From a virus: a DNA stretch of 64,000 nucleotides. Below, piece after piece: positions 18,108 through 29,500 of the stretch (positions are counted from its first letter, which is position 1; each line of letters opens with the position of its first letter). The translations under genes and the position numbers were made by a program. The notes beneath the pieces are model-generated. The model was not told the DNA's origin and did not search any database. It saw nothing but the letters and a program-made list of their open reading frames with translations. The DNA lies in the IMG/VR virus record IMGVR_UViG_3300009506_000012, positions 18,164 through 82,163 of that record, one strand, 5' to 3'.

Positions 18108-18743
18108 ATGTCTACTCTATCAGAAGTTCGATTGAAGGTATTGAGGGTGCTGTCCGATGAGGATGGTGCCCAATACTCTACAGACCTGCTACAAGATGGG
18201 ATTGAGGCGGCTCACATCGCCGTTTTGCCATGGGTCTATAAGAGAAGCGAACAGACACTGGTTGCTGATGAAGAAACGGTTTCATTCGCTTTGCCTTCGG
18301 ACTTCTATAAGGTCATATCCATATTCGACTCTGAGAGTGGTTACTACATTCCGGAAGGTGTACAGGCTGCATTCTCGCAACCTGGTGACAATGTGAACGT
18401 CAATCAGGAATTCGCGCAATATCCGGAAGGATATCTGACACTCCTGAACGCTCCGACCGAAGATCTGGTGATGAAGTACGCAGCATATTGGAGCGTACCG
18501 ACCGGCGAAAACGATTCGCTTGAAGTCCCATCCACACTGATTATGCCGATTGTGCTTTTTACGGCTTCTTATGCACTACTAGAGAAGTCAAGTAACGTCA
18601 GCTCGATCCGTCAATGGGCAGACAAGAACGTAGATGCCGGCACCCCGGTGATGAATCCAATGCGTGACCAGTCTAACTTCTACCTGTCACGTTTCACGGA
18701 AGCTATGAAGCTCCTGCCCGCACTTTCCCAAGGGTTTGCATAA
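18108..18743 (+). CDS. head-tail adaptor
   Basis: MSTLSEVR, FALPSDF motifs; follows the capsid gene. Confidence 0.7.
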   Translation: MSTLSEVRLKVLRVLSDEDGAQYSTDLLQDGIEAAHIAVLPWVYKRSEQTLVADEETVSFALPSDFYKVISIFDSESGYYIPEGVQAAFSQPGDNVNVNQEFAQYPEGYLTLLNAPTEDLVMKYAAYWSVPTGENDSLEVPSTLIMPIVLFTASYALLEKSSNVSSIRQWADKNVDAGTPVMNPMRDQSNFYLSRFTEAMKLLPALSQGFA

Positions 18744-19300
18744 TGGAAGAACCTTCACACATCGTTCCTATGCTGTGTAACCGGATACTCACCTCTCTGA
18801 CAGATGTTTGCATTACGAATATAGAGAGTAGAGATCCAACACGCATGAACGATATCAAGGTTGGTCGCTTTCAAGAGGACCCGCAAAAAACCATGATTCG
18901 AGCATCCATCCAGGGCGGTGATCTTGAGGATCCAGGCCTGATGGATGAGATTGTGGATCCGGAGAAATCAAAGAACAGGCTTGCCTTTTACGCACCTGCT
19001 AGAGAAATTGGCGGTGGCCAGTTATGGTGGCGCAAGGGTGTTATCCGTCTTGAGATGTTCTTTATGGTTGAACGTCCTGCCGTATCTGAAGAAGAAGCCA
19101 GGGAGCGTGCTTATCTTGTGCTTGGCCGCATCCAACAACACATCGAGACAATTCCGGTATATGACCTTACAGACCAACATGGAGAAAAAGCCATAAAGCT
19201 ATTTCACCCGCGAAATAGTTTCTATCAGTCTGGTGGCCCTCCCTCGTCATGGATTTGGCGAGGCAAACTAATCTGGGAATGCCTGACTGAAAGACCATAA
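18743..19300 (+). CDS. head-tail joining / tail terminator protein
   Basis: Position before the tail tube; size. Confidence 0.55.
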   Translation: MEEPSHIVPMLCNRILTSLTDVCITNIESRDPTRMNDIKVGRFQEDPQKTMIRASIQGGDLEDPGLMDEIVDPEKSKNRLAFYAPAREIGGGQLWWRKGVIRLEMFFMVERPAVSEEEARERAYLVLGRIQQHIETIPVYDLTDQHGEKAIKLFHPRNSFYQSGGPPSSWIWRGKLIWECLTERP

Positions 19301-19310
19301 GGAGTAACAA

Positions 19311-20393
19311 ATGGCTACAACTGCTCAGGCCGGGATTTTTGGATGGGGTCCTCAAAGCGCCATGGAATCTGCCGCAACGCAGTATTGGCGTCACAAGGCC
19401 ACAAATATCGATCTCGGTATCTTAGACGATATCAGGGTCGGACCGCTTGAAATTGGTTCCGGCCCATTTCCCACGTTCCCGTACAAGGCCGGTTATGTGA
19501 TCGGCGGGGGCGTGGATATGCAGCCTCGTCTGGAGGATTCTCTAGGCTGGCTGTTGTACGCGCATCTGGGTTCTCACAGTGTCGGTGCGGCTGTTGATGG
19601 GGTTTATCCTCACACGTTCGTGCCTGATACTGACCCGTCATTCGTGCGCTGGCTGTCTTTGCGCAAGTACATTCCTCAGAAGGAATCAGACCCGGCTACT
19701 GACCTCGGTGAACTTTATACCGACTGCAAACCAGTCAACCTTGGCCTGACCCTGCCTAACGATATGCCCATTACGGCACGTTGGGACTTCATGGGACGTT
19801 CCTTCACCCTGGTTGACGACATCACGCCGTGGACCTGGGAAAATGCCGCGTATGAGGACTGGCAGTCCATTCCGGTAGGTTGTGAAACCGGTGGCGACAT
19901 CCAGTTTACCGGTGGCGATCTATCCGGGCTGTCCGTTCCTGTGGTACGTGCGCAGGTTGCTTTCGGCAATCAGAACCTGGATATCCGTCAAGAAAAGGTG
20001 TATGGCTCACCTGAACTAGAGGACATCACCATCATTCAGCGTCAGTTGACCTTCGATGTAACGATCAAGTGGAATGATCCCTCGATCTATCGAAATATTC
20101 TGACCCTGCTTTCCAACGGTACTAGCTGGTCATCCCGTCCTTTGACTGGTTCACTGGATATCAAGACCGTAGGTACTGCATTAGCCGGTTCGTCCACTAC
20201 ACAGAAATTCGAGCTTGATATTACTGCCGATGAAGTCATGTGGCAGATGAACGGCCCAATCACGATGGCCGCTGGTCAGGCAATCATGATGCGGTTCACT
20301 GGAACTGCATTGGAGCCTTCCAGTGGTGACTATGCAACATTCACGTTGTATAATGAGGTGGCTGATTACGCTTGGCCTTCTGCGGGCTCTTAG
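19311..20393 (+). CDS. tail tube (major tail) protein
   Basis: Beta-rich; YPHTF.P, WLSLRK motifs; ends SAGS. Confidence 0.8.
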   Translation: MATTAQAGIFGWGPQSAMESAATQYWRHKATNIDLGILDDIRVGPLEIGSGPFPTFPYKAGYVIGGGVDMQPRLEDSLGWLLYAHLGSHSVGAAVDGVYPHTFVPDTDPSFVRWLSLRKYIPQKESDPATDLGELYTDCKPVNLGLTLPNDMPITARWDFMGRSFTLVDDITPWTWENAAYEDWQSIPVGCETGGDIQFTGGDLSGLSVPVVRAQVAFGNQNLDIRQEKVYGSPELEDITIIQRQLTFDVTIKWNDPSIYRNILTLLSNGTSWSSRPLTGSLDIKTVGTALAGSSTTQKFELDITADEVMWQMNGPITMAAGQAIMMRFTGTALEPSSGDYATFTLYNEVADYAWPSAGS

Positions 20394-20412
20394 GCGCATG
20401 ATCCTCCTTCTG

Positions 20413-20448
20413 TTGGCCTGGGTGGGTTCCACGACCTGCCCAGGTCGA
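20413..20448 (+). terminator. 15-bp stem-loop after the tail tube gene
   Basis: TTGGCCTGGGTGGGT-loop-ACCTGCCCAGGTCGA with G-U pairs; no U-tract. Confidence 0.5.
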
Positions 20449-20477
20449 CCACATCACACAAACAGGAATACAACAAT

Positions 20478-21173
20478 ATGACAACTAAATTCGCAATCAT
20501 CGCAGGCCCCAGAACCGGAAGCAGTACGATCCAAGTCTTTCTTGAAGATCTGGGGGTTTTTGTTTATAGAGAACCATTTAGACCCGAGAAAAATATACAT
20601 CCATATCCGGATACTCTCAATGAGATTTATTTCAAAAAGAACGCAGTTGGATTGAAGCATGTTTACACTCATGTCAACATTGAGGAAAATATCCGAATGG
20701 TTGAATGGCTTTATCAGAGAGGCATTACTACTGTTCTTCTGACGCGCAGGAATAAATTTCACCAGGCGGTCAGTCTTTTGATTGCCAAAAAACTGAATAT
20801 CTGGGCAGTCAAACCTGATGTCATGGCGGCGCTTGAATACAGGAATGTTGAAAGTTTTGAAATCTCGATCAGCGAGATTGAAAAGTTTATTGAATATGCT
20901 GAAACGATTGAAAGCGCTATTATGGGTATCCATATTCCCGACTATCAGATTTTTCAGACATTGTATTATGAAGCCTATTTCAATCAGGACTCTGCCAGGG
21001 CATTGACCAATGCAAGTCAGCTTGTTCGGGCGCTGGGTATCACAGCACCGGATTACATCGCTCCAATGATCCAACAGCATTTTGCGCCAGGAAGAAAACA
21101 GAACACCGAAGCTATCTATAGATTGATTTCTAATCGTGCTGAAATTGAAGAACATTTCGGAGCAAAATTATGA
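20478..21173 (+). CDS. sulfotransferase (Stf0-like)
   Basis: PAPS 5'-loop GPRTGSS and 3'-motif LTRRN..QAVSL.IA. Confidence 0.85.
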   Translation: MTTKFAIIAGPRTGSSTIQVFLEDLGVFVYREPFRPEKNIHPYPDTLNEIYFKKNAVGLKHVYTHVNIEENIRMVEWLYQRGITTVLLTRRNKFHQAVSLLIAKKLNIWAVKPDVMAALEYRNVESFEISISEIEKFIEYAETIESAIMGIHIPDYQIFQTLYYEAYFNQDSARALTNASQLVRALGITAPDYIAPMIQQHFAPGRKQNTEAIYRLISNRAEIEEHFGAKL

Positions 21174-21736
21174 CAGACAAGGTTATTGTCGATCTTGGAG
21201 GAGAGGGGCATTACCAAAATGGCACCGTAACGGTCAACATCAATCCCGAATCAGGTAGCGACATCATATGTGATATCACGGCGCGTGGCCAGGAGCTGCA
21301 CAGATACTTTCCTTATGGGAGTGTGGACATGTTTACCTGTATCCATACTCTTGAACATCTTGACCCGGCTGATGTTCCTGAAAGTCTGCTTTACTGGAAA
21401 TCCATTCTGAAAGATGGAGGCCGGTTATTGGTTATCGTTCCGGACCTGAAGCAGTTATGGCAGGATGTAATGAATGAAATTGTTTCCGAAGATGTTGCAA
21501 TCGCAATCACATTTCGTAATAATTTCAATGGAAAATTTGAATACTGGGACACCCATAAATGGGGCTGGACACGTAAAACTTTGCGCCGGGATATGGCATC
21601 CTGTGGTTTCAAAGTCATTGATCCTGAACGACCATTTTCGAAAGATTACATCTTCGATGATTACAGCTTTAGCTACACCGGTGATGTGCATCATTATGTT
21701 ATTCCAAATTTGCGAGTGATGGGGTTGAACAAATGA
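21170..21736 (+). CDS. class I SAM-dependent methyltransferase
   Basis: VDLGGEG, HTLEHL, LKDGGRLLVIVPD, HKWGW. Confidence 0.85.
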   Translation: MTDKVIVDLGGEGHYQNGTVTVNINPESGSDIICDITARGQELHRYFPYGSVDMFTCIHTLEHLDPADVPESLLYWKSILKDGGRLLVIVPDLKQLWQDVMNEIVSEDVAIAITFRNNFNGKFEYWDTHKWGWTRKTLRRDMASCGFKVIDPERPFSKDYIFDDYSFSYTGDVHHYVIPNLRVMGLNK

Positions 21737-22500
21737 ATGAATATCTTGAGAAGTTTCACCTGCAATATTTTCTGGAACACAAAAGAGAGAATCGCTATTG
21801 GTGGTTTTTGAGGAATCAGTTTATGCCACCTGTGTATACTACCTTGGATGAACCTGAATTCTTATTGCTGATGGAGTGGTTTCGAGAAACAGACAAGAGA
21901 GGTGTTGCCGGGGAATGTTCTGTGCCTCTCATCTCTGCTTTGCTTGGATTTATCGCCGGGTCCGGGATAGATGCAGTTGTACAGCTGGGTCATGCTTACG
22001 GATATTCCAGTCTGCTTATGGGCTGGATGCTTCGCAGAATGGGGAAAAAACATGCACTATTTTCAATCGATATCAATCCGGATGCAACTGCTTTTGCCCA
22101 ACACTATATTGACAAGGCTGACCTCAATGAAGTTGTTGCGCTCCGTGTTGGCAATAGTGCTGACCCAAAGATGGTAGATCGTGCCAGGCAGTATTTTGGA
22201 AAAGAACCACAAATGATCTTCATTGACAGCAGTCATCAATACAAACATACACTGAATGAATTACGGCTTTATTACAATGCGCTTCCCAAGAATGGGATTA
22301 TCTTTCTGCATGATATCTCTCGTTTTGCAACCAGGTTTGATAAAACAGGAAAGGGGGGAGTCATGAAGGCGGTCTGCGAGTTTGTTGAAACCAATCTTAC
22401 TGAATCCGGTCTGTTCAATCGGCATATCGAAGGTAGCGACAGGGACGCGCCTTTGATTTTGTTGGATGGGTGTGGTCTGGGAGTGATACAGAAGTTATGA
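21733..22500 (+). CDS. SAM-dependent methyltransferase (Methyltransf_24-like)
   Basis: VQLG.AYGYSS, IDI, IFIDSSHQY, IFLHD, GCGLGVI. Confidence 0.85.
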   Translation: MNEYLEKFHLQYFLEHKRENRYWWFLRNQFMPPVYTTLDEPEFLLLMEWFRETDKRGVAGECSVPLISALLGFIAGSGIDAVVQLGHAYGYSSLLMGWMLRRMGKKHALFSIDINPDATAFAQHYIDKADLNEVVALRVGNSADPKMVDRARQYFGKEPQMIFIDSSHQYKHTLNELRLYYNALPKNGIIFLHDISRFATRFDKTGKGGVMKAVCEFVETNLTESGLFNRHIEGSDRDAPLILLDGCGLGVIQKL

Positions 22501-24650
22501 ACAGTTTCGATTGTTTTGATACTCTGATTGGTCGAACTTGCGTTGATCCTGTCAATATTTTCGAAATGGTTGGAAACGAGATTAGGGATCCGGATTTTGT
22601 CAAAAAACGGATTGCCGCAGAAAGATTCTTTCAGCGCAAAAAGGCTCCTTATACACTTGATACTATTTATAAACAGCTTGGCCAACCAGAGCTGGCTGAA
22701 ATTGAATTCGGCTTCGAGCTTAAGAGTACATTCAAAATAAAACGCTATGCAAAAATGCTTCGGGAAGATGACATTATTATTAGTGACATGTACCTGACTG
22801 AAGATCAGGTACGCTTACTTCTCGAGAAAGCCGGCATTCATTTCGGCGGGAAGATATTTGTTAGCAATTATGGAAAGTTTTCTGGAAACATTTGGAGAAC
22901 GGTCAAAGAGCAGAGTCACAAGATCGAATTTCACCATGGGGATAATTCTTTCACAGACTTTGAAAGTCCAAGAAAACACGGTATTCGTGCAATCAGGGTC
23001 ACTGACACAAAACTGAACAAGATCGAAAAGCTGTATGCCGATACGCTTCCGGAACTGGGTGCCTGGGTGCGCAACAATCGGCTTCGGTATATCGTGGACG
23101 AGCGCAAAGAATTCTTGACGTTTATGCAAAATCAGTACAACATGCCGCTGTTGTGGAGTATCTGTCAGGAACTTGATCACTATCACAATGTGTATGATTT
23201 ATTATTTATGTCCAGAGATACCCAGCTTCTGCACCGCATGTACACGACCCTGGTTCCGGACGCGAGAGCTGAATATATCTATATCAGCCGAGATACTTTG
23301 CGAGGTGACAGTCAGTCTTATTTCGAATATTTGAATTCGAAGTTAACAAACAGATCTATACTGGTTGACATGGCATCCTCTTGTGGATCTTTGAAAGAAT
23401 CTCTACCTCATCTTCAGGTAAAAGAGCCCAATGTGTTTACAGCTGTTTTTTTACCTGTGCCGTTCAAGGTCGATCTTGGCCCAATCCATTGTTTTGCGAT
23501 GACAACCAATACCCAGATACAAATCAACAATACCTATTTGGAGATGTTGAATTATGCAGACCATCTTCATGTGGCTGATGTTGTTGACGGAAAACCTGTA
23601 TTCGATCTTCCTGGTGAATATGACATGGAAAAGGTCAAAGCTTACCATCGTGCTTTCAACCTGATGCTTGAAAATATTCCCAACCGTATAGTTGATGCAA
23701 AACCAGTATTCTTCCATGCACTAGCTGAAATCCAGAAGAACAAAGACAGAATCGGCAAAGAGTTTCCGAATCATGTTCCTATCGAAATCAAGCATAAAAA
23801 AACCATAAAGCAGGAACGCGCCAAAGACAATGTGATTGTGATCGGAGCTATCGCTAATTATTCCTGGACAAACATAGAACCATGGTGGAAATCTTTGAAG
23901 GCAACCGGTTTCGATGGGGATATACATATGCTGTGCTACAACATTGGAGGCCAGTCAATTCGGTACATGGAACGTAGAGGCATTCAAACACATGTCAGAA
24001 AGTTGACCGGGAAACAGATTGTGATTGATCGCTTTCGTGACCTGGCTACGCTTCTGGATGATATCGATCCGGATACCTGGATTGTTTTTCCGGATGTTGG
24101 GGATATCGTATTTCAGTACAACCCGAGACACTACCTCGAATCTGTATCAAAAGATATTGTGGTGACGCATGAAGGTGTTCTTTTCAGCGGAAACAAGTGG
24201 ATGCTGAATAACCTCTATGAGAGCTTTCCAAAATACGCTGAAGGTCTGAAGGATAAGTTCTTCTTCAATGCTGGCTCCATAGCTGCTAAAGCTGGAATAC
24301 TTTCGCAAATGTCAGAACACATCTACAAACTATGCTTGGAAAATCAGAACGCCACCAGTCACGACCAGACCGCCATGAACATCCTGCTTCACAATAACCC
24401 TGTTTATCGAAAGAAAACATTATTTTTGAGTCCCAATGATCCATGGTGTTTTTGCGGAGCTTCAAGTATATTTGCACGACCCGAAGATGCCAAGAATTAT
24501 TTGAGCGATCCGGTTACAGTTCAGAACGGAATTTGCTATTCGCGCCCTAATGTAAAGACCTGCATGTTTCATCACTACACACGAAACAAAAATATTGCCA
24601 GGCAGGTGATAACCCAGGTCAATCGCAGATTTGTAAATTCAAGACGGTAA
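22497..24650 (+). CDS. HAD-like hydrolase fused to GT-A-type glycosyltransferase
   Basis: SFDCFDTL, ISDMY, HHGDN, SRD in the N-terminal half; DVGDIVFQYNP, FNAGS, HDQTAMN in the C-terminal half. The ATG at 22497 overlaps the previous stop. Confidence 0.8.
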   Translation: MNSFDCFDTLIGRTCVDPVNIFEMVGNEIRDPDFVKKRIAAERFFQRKKAPYTLDTIYKQLGQPELAEIEFGFELKSTFKIKRYAKMLREDDIIISDMYLTEDQVRLLLEKAGIHFGGKIFVSNYGKFSGNIWRTVKEQSHKIEFHHGDNSFTDFESPRKHGIRAIRVTDTKLNKIEKLYADTLPELGAWVRNNRLRYIVDERKEFLTFMQNQYNMPLLWSICQELDHYHNVYDLLFMSRDTQLLHRMYTTLVPDARAEYIYISRDTLRGDSQSYFEYLNSKLTNRSILVDMASSCGSLKESLPHLQVKEPNVFTAVFLPVPFKVDLGPIHCFAMTTNTQIQINNTYLEMLNYADHLHVADVVDGKPVFDLPGEYDMEKVKAYHRAFNLMLENIPNRIVDAKPVFFHALAEIQKNKDRIGKEFPNHVPIEIKHKKTIKQERAKDNVIVIGAIANYSWTNIEPWWKSLKATGFDGDIHMLCYNIGGQSIRYMERRGIQTHVRKLTGKQIVIDRFRDLATLLDDIDPDTWIVFPDVGDIVFQYNPRHYLESVSKDIVVTHEGVLFSGNKWMLNNLYESFPKYAEGLKDKFFFNAGSIAAKAGILSQMSEHIYKLCLENQNATSHDQTAMNILLHNNPVYRKKTLFLSPNDPWCFCGASSIFARPEDAKNYLSDPVTVQNGICYSRPNVKTCMFHHYTRNKNIARQVITQVNRRFVNSRR

Positions 24651-24651
24651 T

Positions 24652-24668
24652 GCTCCACATTGTGGAGC
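24652..24668. repeat. palindrome copy 4, GCTCCAC-ATT-GTGGAGC
   Basis: Between the TAA at 24650 and the ATG at 24677. Confidence 0.9.
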
Positions 24669-24676
24669 TGATTAGC

Positions 24677-25744
24677 ATGAGCGCCTACAATCCTCCAAGA
24701 CTTGTTTCCAAAGCATACGATAGACCTGTTGACATACTGGCTACCAGGCCGCATTTTGTTGACCATATCGCTCCTGTATGGAGGCACCTAGAAAATCGAG
24801 GTGGCTTTTATGTTCCTGAAGTATTGTTAGATTATGCTAAAACCAAAGTACCTGAAGCCGTAGGGGTAAAGCCAGTTGGCAGAAGCGATAAGCTGAATAT
24901 CAGGCCTCCCGAAAAAAATGTGTACTTTACCTGCGCTTATGGGGATTTAGAGAAAGGCATGATTACTGACCTGAAACGGGTTTTTATCTTTATGGAACAC
25001 GGAGTCGGGTTAGTGTTTCCGGGAAATCCTCACTATGCCGGGAGTGTTGGCCTTCGAAGGCGTGTTCATTTCTTTCTTGCGCCAAATCAGAATATTCATG
25101 ATAAGACCTGGACCACTTTTCCAGAAGCACCGCAAGCTATTGTTGGCACCCCAAAGATGGATAATGTTCCAACAGATATGCCGATCAACCGGGATGACCC
25201 GTTGATTATTATCTCATTTCACTGGGATGGAAGGAAGGTGGCCAGGGAAGCGGCGAACGCATATCCACATTTCAGAGAGATTCTTCCGGAAATTGCAAAA
25301 CGATATCACTTGGCCGGCCATGCTCATCCACGTATCGCAAACTACTTCGAAAGAGTGTATAATGAATTAGGCATTGAGTTCATTCGTGATTTTGATGAAG
25401 TCATGCGCAGAGGGGACCTTTATCTAAATGATGCCAGTTCAACAGCATATGAATTCGGCGTCACTGGGAAACCAGTCATCTTACTTAACTCGCCCGGTTA
25501 CCGGCGTAACATAAATTTTGGAATCCGATTTTGGCAATACACAGATTGGGCTATTCAGGTTGATGAACCTGGCCAGCTCATTTCTGCTATAGAACAAACA
25601 CTACATAAACCCTCACATGAACAGAAACAGAAACAGATGGTAGCAGACCTCTACCCGTACCATGGGCAGAGTGCAAAGCGTGCTGCTGATCAAATAAACA
25701 GATTTCTGAACATGCGAGGAACCAATGCCATACAAGATACCTGA
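24677..25744 (+). CDS. GT-B glycosyl/glycerophosphotransferase (TagB/TagF-like)
   Basis: FMEHGVG, VGTPKMD, HAHPR, LYLNDASSTAYEF..GKPVI motifs. Confidence 0.8.
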   Translation: MSAYNPPRLVSKAYDRPVDILATRPHFVDHIAPVWRHLENRGGFYVPEVLLDYAKTKVPEAVGVKPVGRSDKLNIRPPEKNVYFTCAYGDLEKGMITDLKRVFIFMEHGVGLVFPGNPHYAGSVGLRRRVHFFLAPNQNIHDKTWTTFPEAPQAIVGTPKMDNVPTDMPINRDDPLIIISFHWDGRKVAREAANAYPHFREILPEIAKRYHLAGHAHPRIANYFERVYNELGIEFIRDFDEVMRRGDLYLNDASSTAYEFGVTGKPVILLNSPGYRRNINFGIRFWQYTDWAIQVDEPGQLISAIEQTLHKPSHEQKQKQMVADLYPYHGQSAKRAADQINRFLNMRGTNAIQDT

Positions 25745-26225
25745 TGTTGTTGAAACCGAATTCAGACTCGAGGAATTAGATTCCAGAGAGAATATTCCTG
25801 ATGAAGAAGCCACAATGATTATGGTCAAGACTGCTTCAGTGGCTGAAAATTCAAAACGATCCCAACTGTTTTCAAAATACGTGCAGGAAATTCCAAAAGA
25901 TGATGCAGAACCAGAACGCATTATTTATAACTTCCCACTGTATACGCTTATGCAGAAGGAAACCTTTCTGACCCTGGTAGGGTGCAATATCCAATTCCCA
26001 ACTGGAAAGAGTGATAATGAAGGTAATCCGGAGCTGAAGCCTTTGTTTAGATTCCGTAAGACTCCCCGTGGAAACGAACTGAATATGAGTGAATTGGAAT
26101 TCAATAAAGCCTGGGGGATGCTTGACGATGATGTTGCCGCCGAGATCCATTCCAAAGTTTTAGAAGTCAATCCACACTGGATATTCCAGAATGTCGGAGG
26201 TAACACGGACCTGGGGGAAGGCTAG
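25725..26225 (+). CDS. tail assembly chaperone (gpG-like)
   Basis: Just upstream of the TMP; ends at the slippery site GGGGGAA. Confidence 0.75.
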   Translation: MPYKIPDVVETEFRLEELDSRENIPDEEATMIMVKTASVAENSKRSQLFSKYVQEIPKDDAEPERIIYNFPLYTLMQKETFLTLVGCNIQFPTGKSDNEGNPELKPLFRFRKTPRGNELNMSELEFNKAWGMLDDDVAAEIHSKVLEVNPHWIFQNVGGNTDLGEG

Positions 26226-26509
26226 TATCCGCAGAGCTACAAGGTCTAAAGGCTGCTTTGTGGGATTACTTTGGCCAAGCAAATGAACGAGCAGAAGGTA
26301 TAAAGGTAACAGAAGAAGAACGTGTAGACAAACCAAAAGCACTGACCAGATACGAACAAATACAAGAACTGCACATTCCATATGTTGATGGTGGCCTTAT
26401 GGATCAACCTTACTTATGGATGCAGCAGCATGGCGTCATCAAAAGTTTCCTCGTTGAATGGAACGCCACGCAAAAAGCATTAGCACAACTTTCAGCGCAA
26501 GGACAGTGA
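26213..26509 (+). CDS. tail assembly chaperone frameshift extension (gpGT-like)
   Basis: The -1 frame is open from G GGG GAA (26213-26219) into ORF 26258..26509; PY.GG.MDQP motif. Confidence 0.75.
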   Translation, partial: GGRLVSAELQGLKAALWDYFGQANERAEGIKVTEEERVDKPKALTRYEQIQELHIPYVDGGLMDQPYLWMQQHGVIKSFLVEWNATQKALAQLSAQGQ

Positions 26510-26510
26510 T

Positions 26511-29500
26511 ATGCCCTACACGGTTCCAAATCCTACAACCGATCAATTCAGGACTTATCTTGAAAACCTTCTGAAAACATTTGATAAAACCTATCAGGTT
26601 CAATATGTGCCTCCACAGAAGGATGCCGGCAATAGCGATATTGAAGGAACGGATTTTTTCAACATCACAAAAAAATCCTCCAACAATGCTGGTGTTCTCA
26701 AGACTAACCTCAAGATAAACTTGGGACATGAGTCTCGTTTTAGAACGACCTACGGTGGACAGACTCCCCAGCAATTTGAACGTGCCCCGGAAATCCTAAC
26801 GGGTTCCGGGCAAAGTGCTTATACCGTTGGTGGCTCCTGGGCTTCAGTGGCCACGGTTGTCGATCAGCCTGGCGGGAAATCTGATATTGATATCAGGCAT
26901 GATTTGCGCTCTCCAATAGAAAGCCTGGCCACTTTGATCAGCACTGGTTTTTCAGATGTCGAAAAAGAAAACCGGTTCAATCCCGGAGCTGTTACGGGTG
27001 ATGTAACCAGCAAGATTATGAATCTGCTATCCACAGGTTCCAGTGAACACAGTGATTTTGCGGTCCCTGCCGGCGCTTTGATGACAACAACTGGAATTGA
27101 TGTAGATGCTGTTCGCAGAAAAGCCGCTCAAGCCATTCAGCTCGTAAATAGCTACGACCCTACTGGCACCGCAGAGGTAGGGCAGTTTGCACAACGAGAG
27201 GCGATAGCCAAGGCGCGTGAAAACATGATGCGTCTTAGCATTCCTGTACCTGGCCGGGGAGGAAAGCCAATTGATTCCTTTTTCAAAGAAGCTGGGTATG
27301 CTCCCGATCGCGCACAGGCTGACCGCCTTGTCGCATTATCACAGGCTTCTCGGGTTGTCCGTGATGCTCTTGGTCAGCCAACAGATACTGAAATCTATCT
27401 GCCTTCTCCGAAGATAGCCAAACACATGACTATTTTGAGTTCTGGTCGTCAACAAGCATCTTTACTTGGTGAAGATTATCAACCTATTGCGCCAAAGATG
27501 ATCACAGGACGTGTACCAACATCCGGATACAGAATGACAACCGCTGATGTTGGAGGCAGAATTCCTGAAAAGTCTCTAGTGCTTGGAACAATGTTTTCGC
27601 CTCAATATCCTATTCCGGGTGCAGGAATGTATTTTCCGGAAACTGTAGATGCCAATGTGAAATCAGGTGGCTACAAGGCTACTCAAAGTTTTGGAGTAAC
27701 TCGGAATGTCAAGGATCTTCTTACCGATAAAACCCAGCTTAATTTACAGCAACAAACCGGAAATGTAATCCCATCTTCTCTGAATTATGACGTTTTCTCA
27801 ATGCGTACTAAAGAGATGAAAAAGTCTGATCCGGATATTATGTTACAGCAACGAGCAGGCACACATTCTTTTGCCGTTGGAAATCAGCAATTGCGTATTC
27901 CCAGATATTACACGGCTGAAGGAATCGGAGCCAGCTACGATAAGCAGATGCTTCGCAAGAAACAACTTCAAGAGGTGACCCCGGCAGAGATTGAAGCACT
28001 TTCAAAACGCCTGGGCGTGAATGTTGTTCCAGACGCAACCATTGAAGAAGTCCTCTTAGAGATGGAAGGCCAAAAACTAGTTGGTGGCAAGTTTGCCATT
28101 GAGGGTGTCAAATCAGATATCACCCCTTATACCGGCACTCCAACTTTTTCAGCTGGTGGCAAGGAAAGAGCCATCAGCGCAGTAACCTGGGAATCCAAGC
28201 AAATGCTGGAAACCTTTACAGGTAGCCTTGGGGCTATTTCTCCTACAGCCCAATATGGAATCCTGAATGAATATCAAAAATCGCTTACGGCTTCAGGGGA
28301 TACGGATATGGCCGCGAACGTTCGTGCCGTCATCAAACAGCAAAAGGCATTGAGGAGAGAGGATCCTACAGCCAGGCTTGATCTTCAAGCAGCTGCAAAT
28401 CAAATAGCAGGAACTGCAACGGATGCACCTGTACATGGATTGTCCAGAGATATCTTTCAGCGTGTATTTCTGGGAGGCTCTAAGGTACAAGATTTTGCAG
28501 GTATGAATGAGGCAGACCTATCTGCGTTTGCCCAATCTGATCTGAATGTTCGCAATCTGAAAAAATTCGGTATGGGATGGGTATCTCCCGAAATGAGCAA
28601 TCCCATAACAACCATGTGGGACAGAAGCCAGGTCGAGGCTTTGTTCACTGGATACCGTCAGGGAAGTAATGTACCTGAAGCTGAATTACGTGCGCGGTTT
28701 GGGCGTCAATATGGTTTTGATTTTTCAAATGCAAAAGGTGACCAGATTGCACAGACGTTCAGGCCTAGTGGGTTTTACATGCCAGCGATTGCCGGTCCAT
28801 CTGTGGAGTTTTCCGGAGGCGGCACACTTGGTTCCGAAGAAACGCAAATCCTTTCAGCGATTGCACCAGGCTTTGCAAACCGTCTGGGCGCTAATGCAGA
28901 AGGACTGACCCGGCGTGATCCTGTGCGTTGGGCTCAACGTCAGATCGCACATATCGCCGCTACTGAAATGGATCGGGGCGAGGGTAAGTACACCAAGATT
29001 GATAATGCGCTTCAGATTGGCACAGAACAGGCGACCAAAATGTGGGCAGATCCGGAGTTTCGTGCCTTGCTTGGAGATGAGGCCGGTGATTTAGCTGGAA
29101 TGAAACGCTTTGAAGAAAAGCTGAAAAGTTTCTTTCCGGGCTCAGAGGATTTGAACCGCAGGCCTATTACCTTTGAAGCTGCCCCAGGTCGTTACCTTCC
29201 ATCAACCAGGGCAATTTCTGCTTTAGCTACTGAAAGTTCGGCAACTATGCGAGGCGGCATAAGAACAGGTGAGGATGTTACACGTTCTTGGAATATGTTC
29301 CAGAGCGCTTTTTCCCAGGCTGTCACTTCGCAGATCAACGAGGACCCGACTGGTTTGCTTGAGGGTACCCAGAATCTAACATCGCATTTTATGAGACAGT
29401 TTGGCCTCCCTGAAGGCGGCAAGCGTGATGTTATCAAGAAAATGATGGGAAGCGAAATCGGTGTTGCTTCAGGTCACTATGCTTTCTGGAATGAACTTAA

